A stretch of DNA of 60,385 nt, filler included, from Basidiobolus meristosporus CBS 931.73 (Eukaryota > Fungi > Basidiobolomycota): assembly GCA_002104905.1 (NCBI GenBank). It is 3 parts of 3 records of this genome, joined end to end, with 100 filler letters (N's around TTAATTAATTAA, not from the genome) between each part and the next. Parts side by side here need not be neighbours in the genome. Positions count along the whole stretch, not along the records: positions 49,262 to 60,385 come from MCFE01001284.1; 2 more parts are not named here. The stretch is one strand, 5' to 3'. Each line of letters opens with the position of its first letter. Position 1 is the stretch's first letter. Of the stretch, positions 59,137 to 60,385 are shown one piece after another. The position numbers were made by a program, and so were the translations under genes. The notes under the pieces are model-generated. The model searched no databases, was not told the DNA's origin, and saw nothing but the letters and a program-made list of their open reading frames with translations.

Positions 59137-60165
59137 TTAGGGTTAGGGGAGGGAAAGTCACCAAGGTAGGTGAAATCTTTATTTGATTGCAGACAAGTCT
59201 AACTACAAATAAAGAAGCCAGCTGGGAATAGAAGATTCCCAAAGTAAACACTAAGTTGAATATGAATAAATCTAAGCTAAAGTTAAGGCAGTATCCCAGA
59301 GTACACTGGAGTTCAGGTTCATGGGGGAGTGAAGTAGATAAGCTTGAGAGATATAATAATCTTTGAGGAAGTGGGTAACAGCAGGTGAAGGGGAGTTTTT
59401 GATAAGTGAAGTGAATCTTGAGAGCAGAGATTCCTCTAATGAGAAGGTCTTGTAAACTGGAGAATCAGGAAACTCTTTAAAGGCATGGTCAGTAGGTTCC
59501 CAGTAAAACTGGTCAGAGACATTCTGAGAGAATTGTTCAGCAATACTTTTGTCAAGTACTACCTCCAGAGTGTGATGATTGATAAATCTCATGTTAACAA
59601 TCTTGGATAAATTGTAACCTTGTTGTTTGAGATACATCCTATGCTCAGATATAGGAATGAACTCCACATTGGCAAAGTAGCAGACAGCCCAGTCAGTAGC
59701 AGGAGGCAAATCAGAAGTAGCAGGAAACTTTCTTTTAGTCTTGGGAGGAGCAGCAGGATGTCTTGAGGAAGCAGGAACAGGCTTTTTGACAGCTTCAGAG
59801 TAGGAGGAGTGAGCAGGAGCAGATAATTCTTGGGGAGTCTTGTTGACAGGAACAGCTGGCAGAGAGACAATAGATTCTTGCAGATCAGAGAAGGCAGAAA
59901 ACAGCTTTTGAACTTGTTTCTTGAGTAAAGCATTTTCAGCTTCAACAAGTGCAAGCCTTTCCTCAAGGAAGGAAATCTGAAGGGAATGGAGTGAAGGCAT
60001 AAGAAATAAGAAGAAGAGGGTAGGATGGGGTGGGTGGGTAGGAAAATTAGCAGGGAGAAGAGAAGGAAGGAGCAAAAATTCCAGAAGTCAGAATTTATAG
60101 ATGGATGGACAAGGGTAGATGGATGGATTATTCCTGGGTTAGGAAAATTAGCAGGGAGAAGAGAA
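59137..60165 (-). mobile_element. ORF1-only telomeric element E5, capped by the telomere
   Basis: (TTAGGG)2 plus the conserved 3' end; close paralog of E3. Confidence 0.85.
59272..60000 (-). CDS. ORF1-like protein, 242 aa from the ATG at 60000
   Basis: Same length as the E3 ORF and nearly identical to it; the ORF-track extension to 60075 lies in the repeat and is probably not translated. Confidence 0.75.
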   Translation of the reverse strand: MPSLHSLQISFLEERLALVEAENALLKKQVQKLFSAFSDLQESIVSLPAVPVNKTPQELSAPAHSSYSEAVKKPVPASSRHPAAPPKTKRKFPATSDLPPATDWAVCYFANVEFIPISEHRMYLKQQGYNLSKIVNMRFINHHTLEVVLDKSIAEQFSQNVSDQFYWEPTDHAFKEFPDSPVYKTFSLEESLLSRFTSLIKNSPSPAVTHFLKDYYISQAYLLHSPMNLNSSVLWDTALTLA

Positions 60166-60168
60166 GGG

Positions 60169-60209
<41 letters not shown>

Positions 60210-60385
60210 GGTTAGGGTTAGGGTTAGGGTTAGGGTTAGGGTTAGGGTTAGGGTTAGGGTTAGGGTTAGGGTTAGGGTTAGGGTTAGGGTTAGGGTTAGG
60301 GTTAGGGTTAGGGTTAGGGTTAGGGTTAGGGTTAGGGTTAGGGTTAGGGTTAGGGTTAGGGTTAGGGTTAGGGTTAGGGTTAGGG
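60166..60385 (+). repeat. Telomere (TTAGGG)n, ~220 bp
   Basis: Uninterrupted TTAGGG to the window end, with one TTTAGGG variant at ~60187. Confidence 0.98.

Noticed and set aside
60181-60195. Single TTTAGGG variant in the telomere
   Set aside because: One occurrence; compatible with a homopolymer error or ordinary telomerase slippage.

Overview
A eukaryotic chromosome end, most likely fungal judging by TTAGGG telomeres, short introns and fungal-type transposons; the species cannot be determined from the sequence. It has four zones. (1) 1-24.7 kb is a CpG-depleted nest of transposons: Ty1/copia relics, a CACTA-like relic, two copies of a PIF/Harbinger-group (DDE_Tnp_4) DNA transposon, and a young Ty3/gypsy element inserted into the LTR of its own sister copy. 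(2) 24.8-49.2 kb, between two assembly gaps, is a CpG-rich tandem array of a ~4.33-kb unit. Each unit carries 12 tRNA genes for 12 different amino acids (54 copies in the window). The array is arranged as inverted sub-arrays, and an intact Ty3/gypsy element sits 10 bp upstream of one tRNA-Tyr. (3) 49.3-51.4 kb holds an intron-containing alternative oxidase (AOX) pseudogene and a copia solo LTR. (4) 51.4-60.4 kb is a head-to-tail stack of five telomere-associated non-LTR retroelements followed by ~220 bp of (TTAGGG)n. Two encode RT, two carry ORF1 only and one is non-coding. All five share a conserved 3' hairpin and are joined to the previous element through 1-2 telomeric repeats. This HeT-A/TART-like terminal retroelement system, coexisting with canonical telomere repeats, is the strongest candidate for an undescribed system; the 12-isotype tRNA array is second. 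All alignments were read by eye and no database searches were run.
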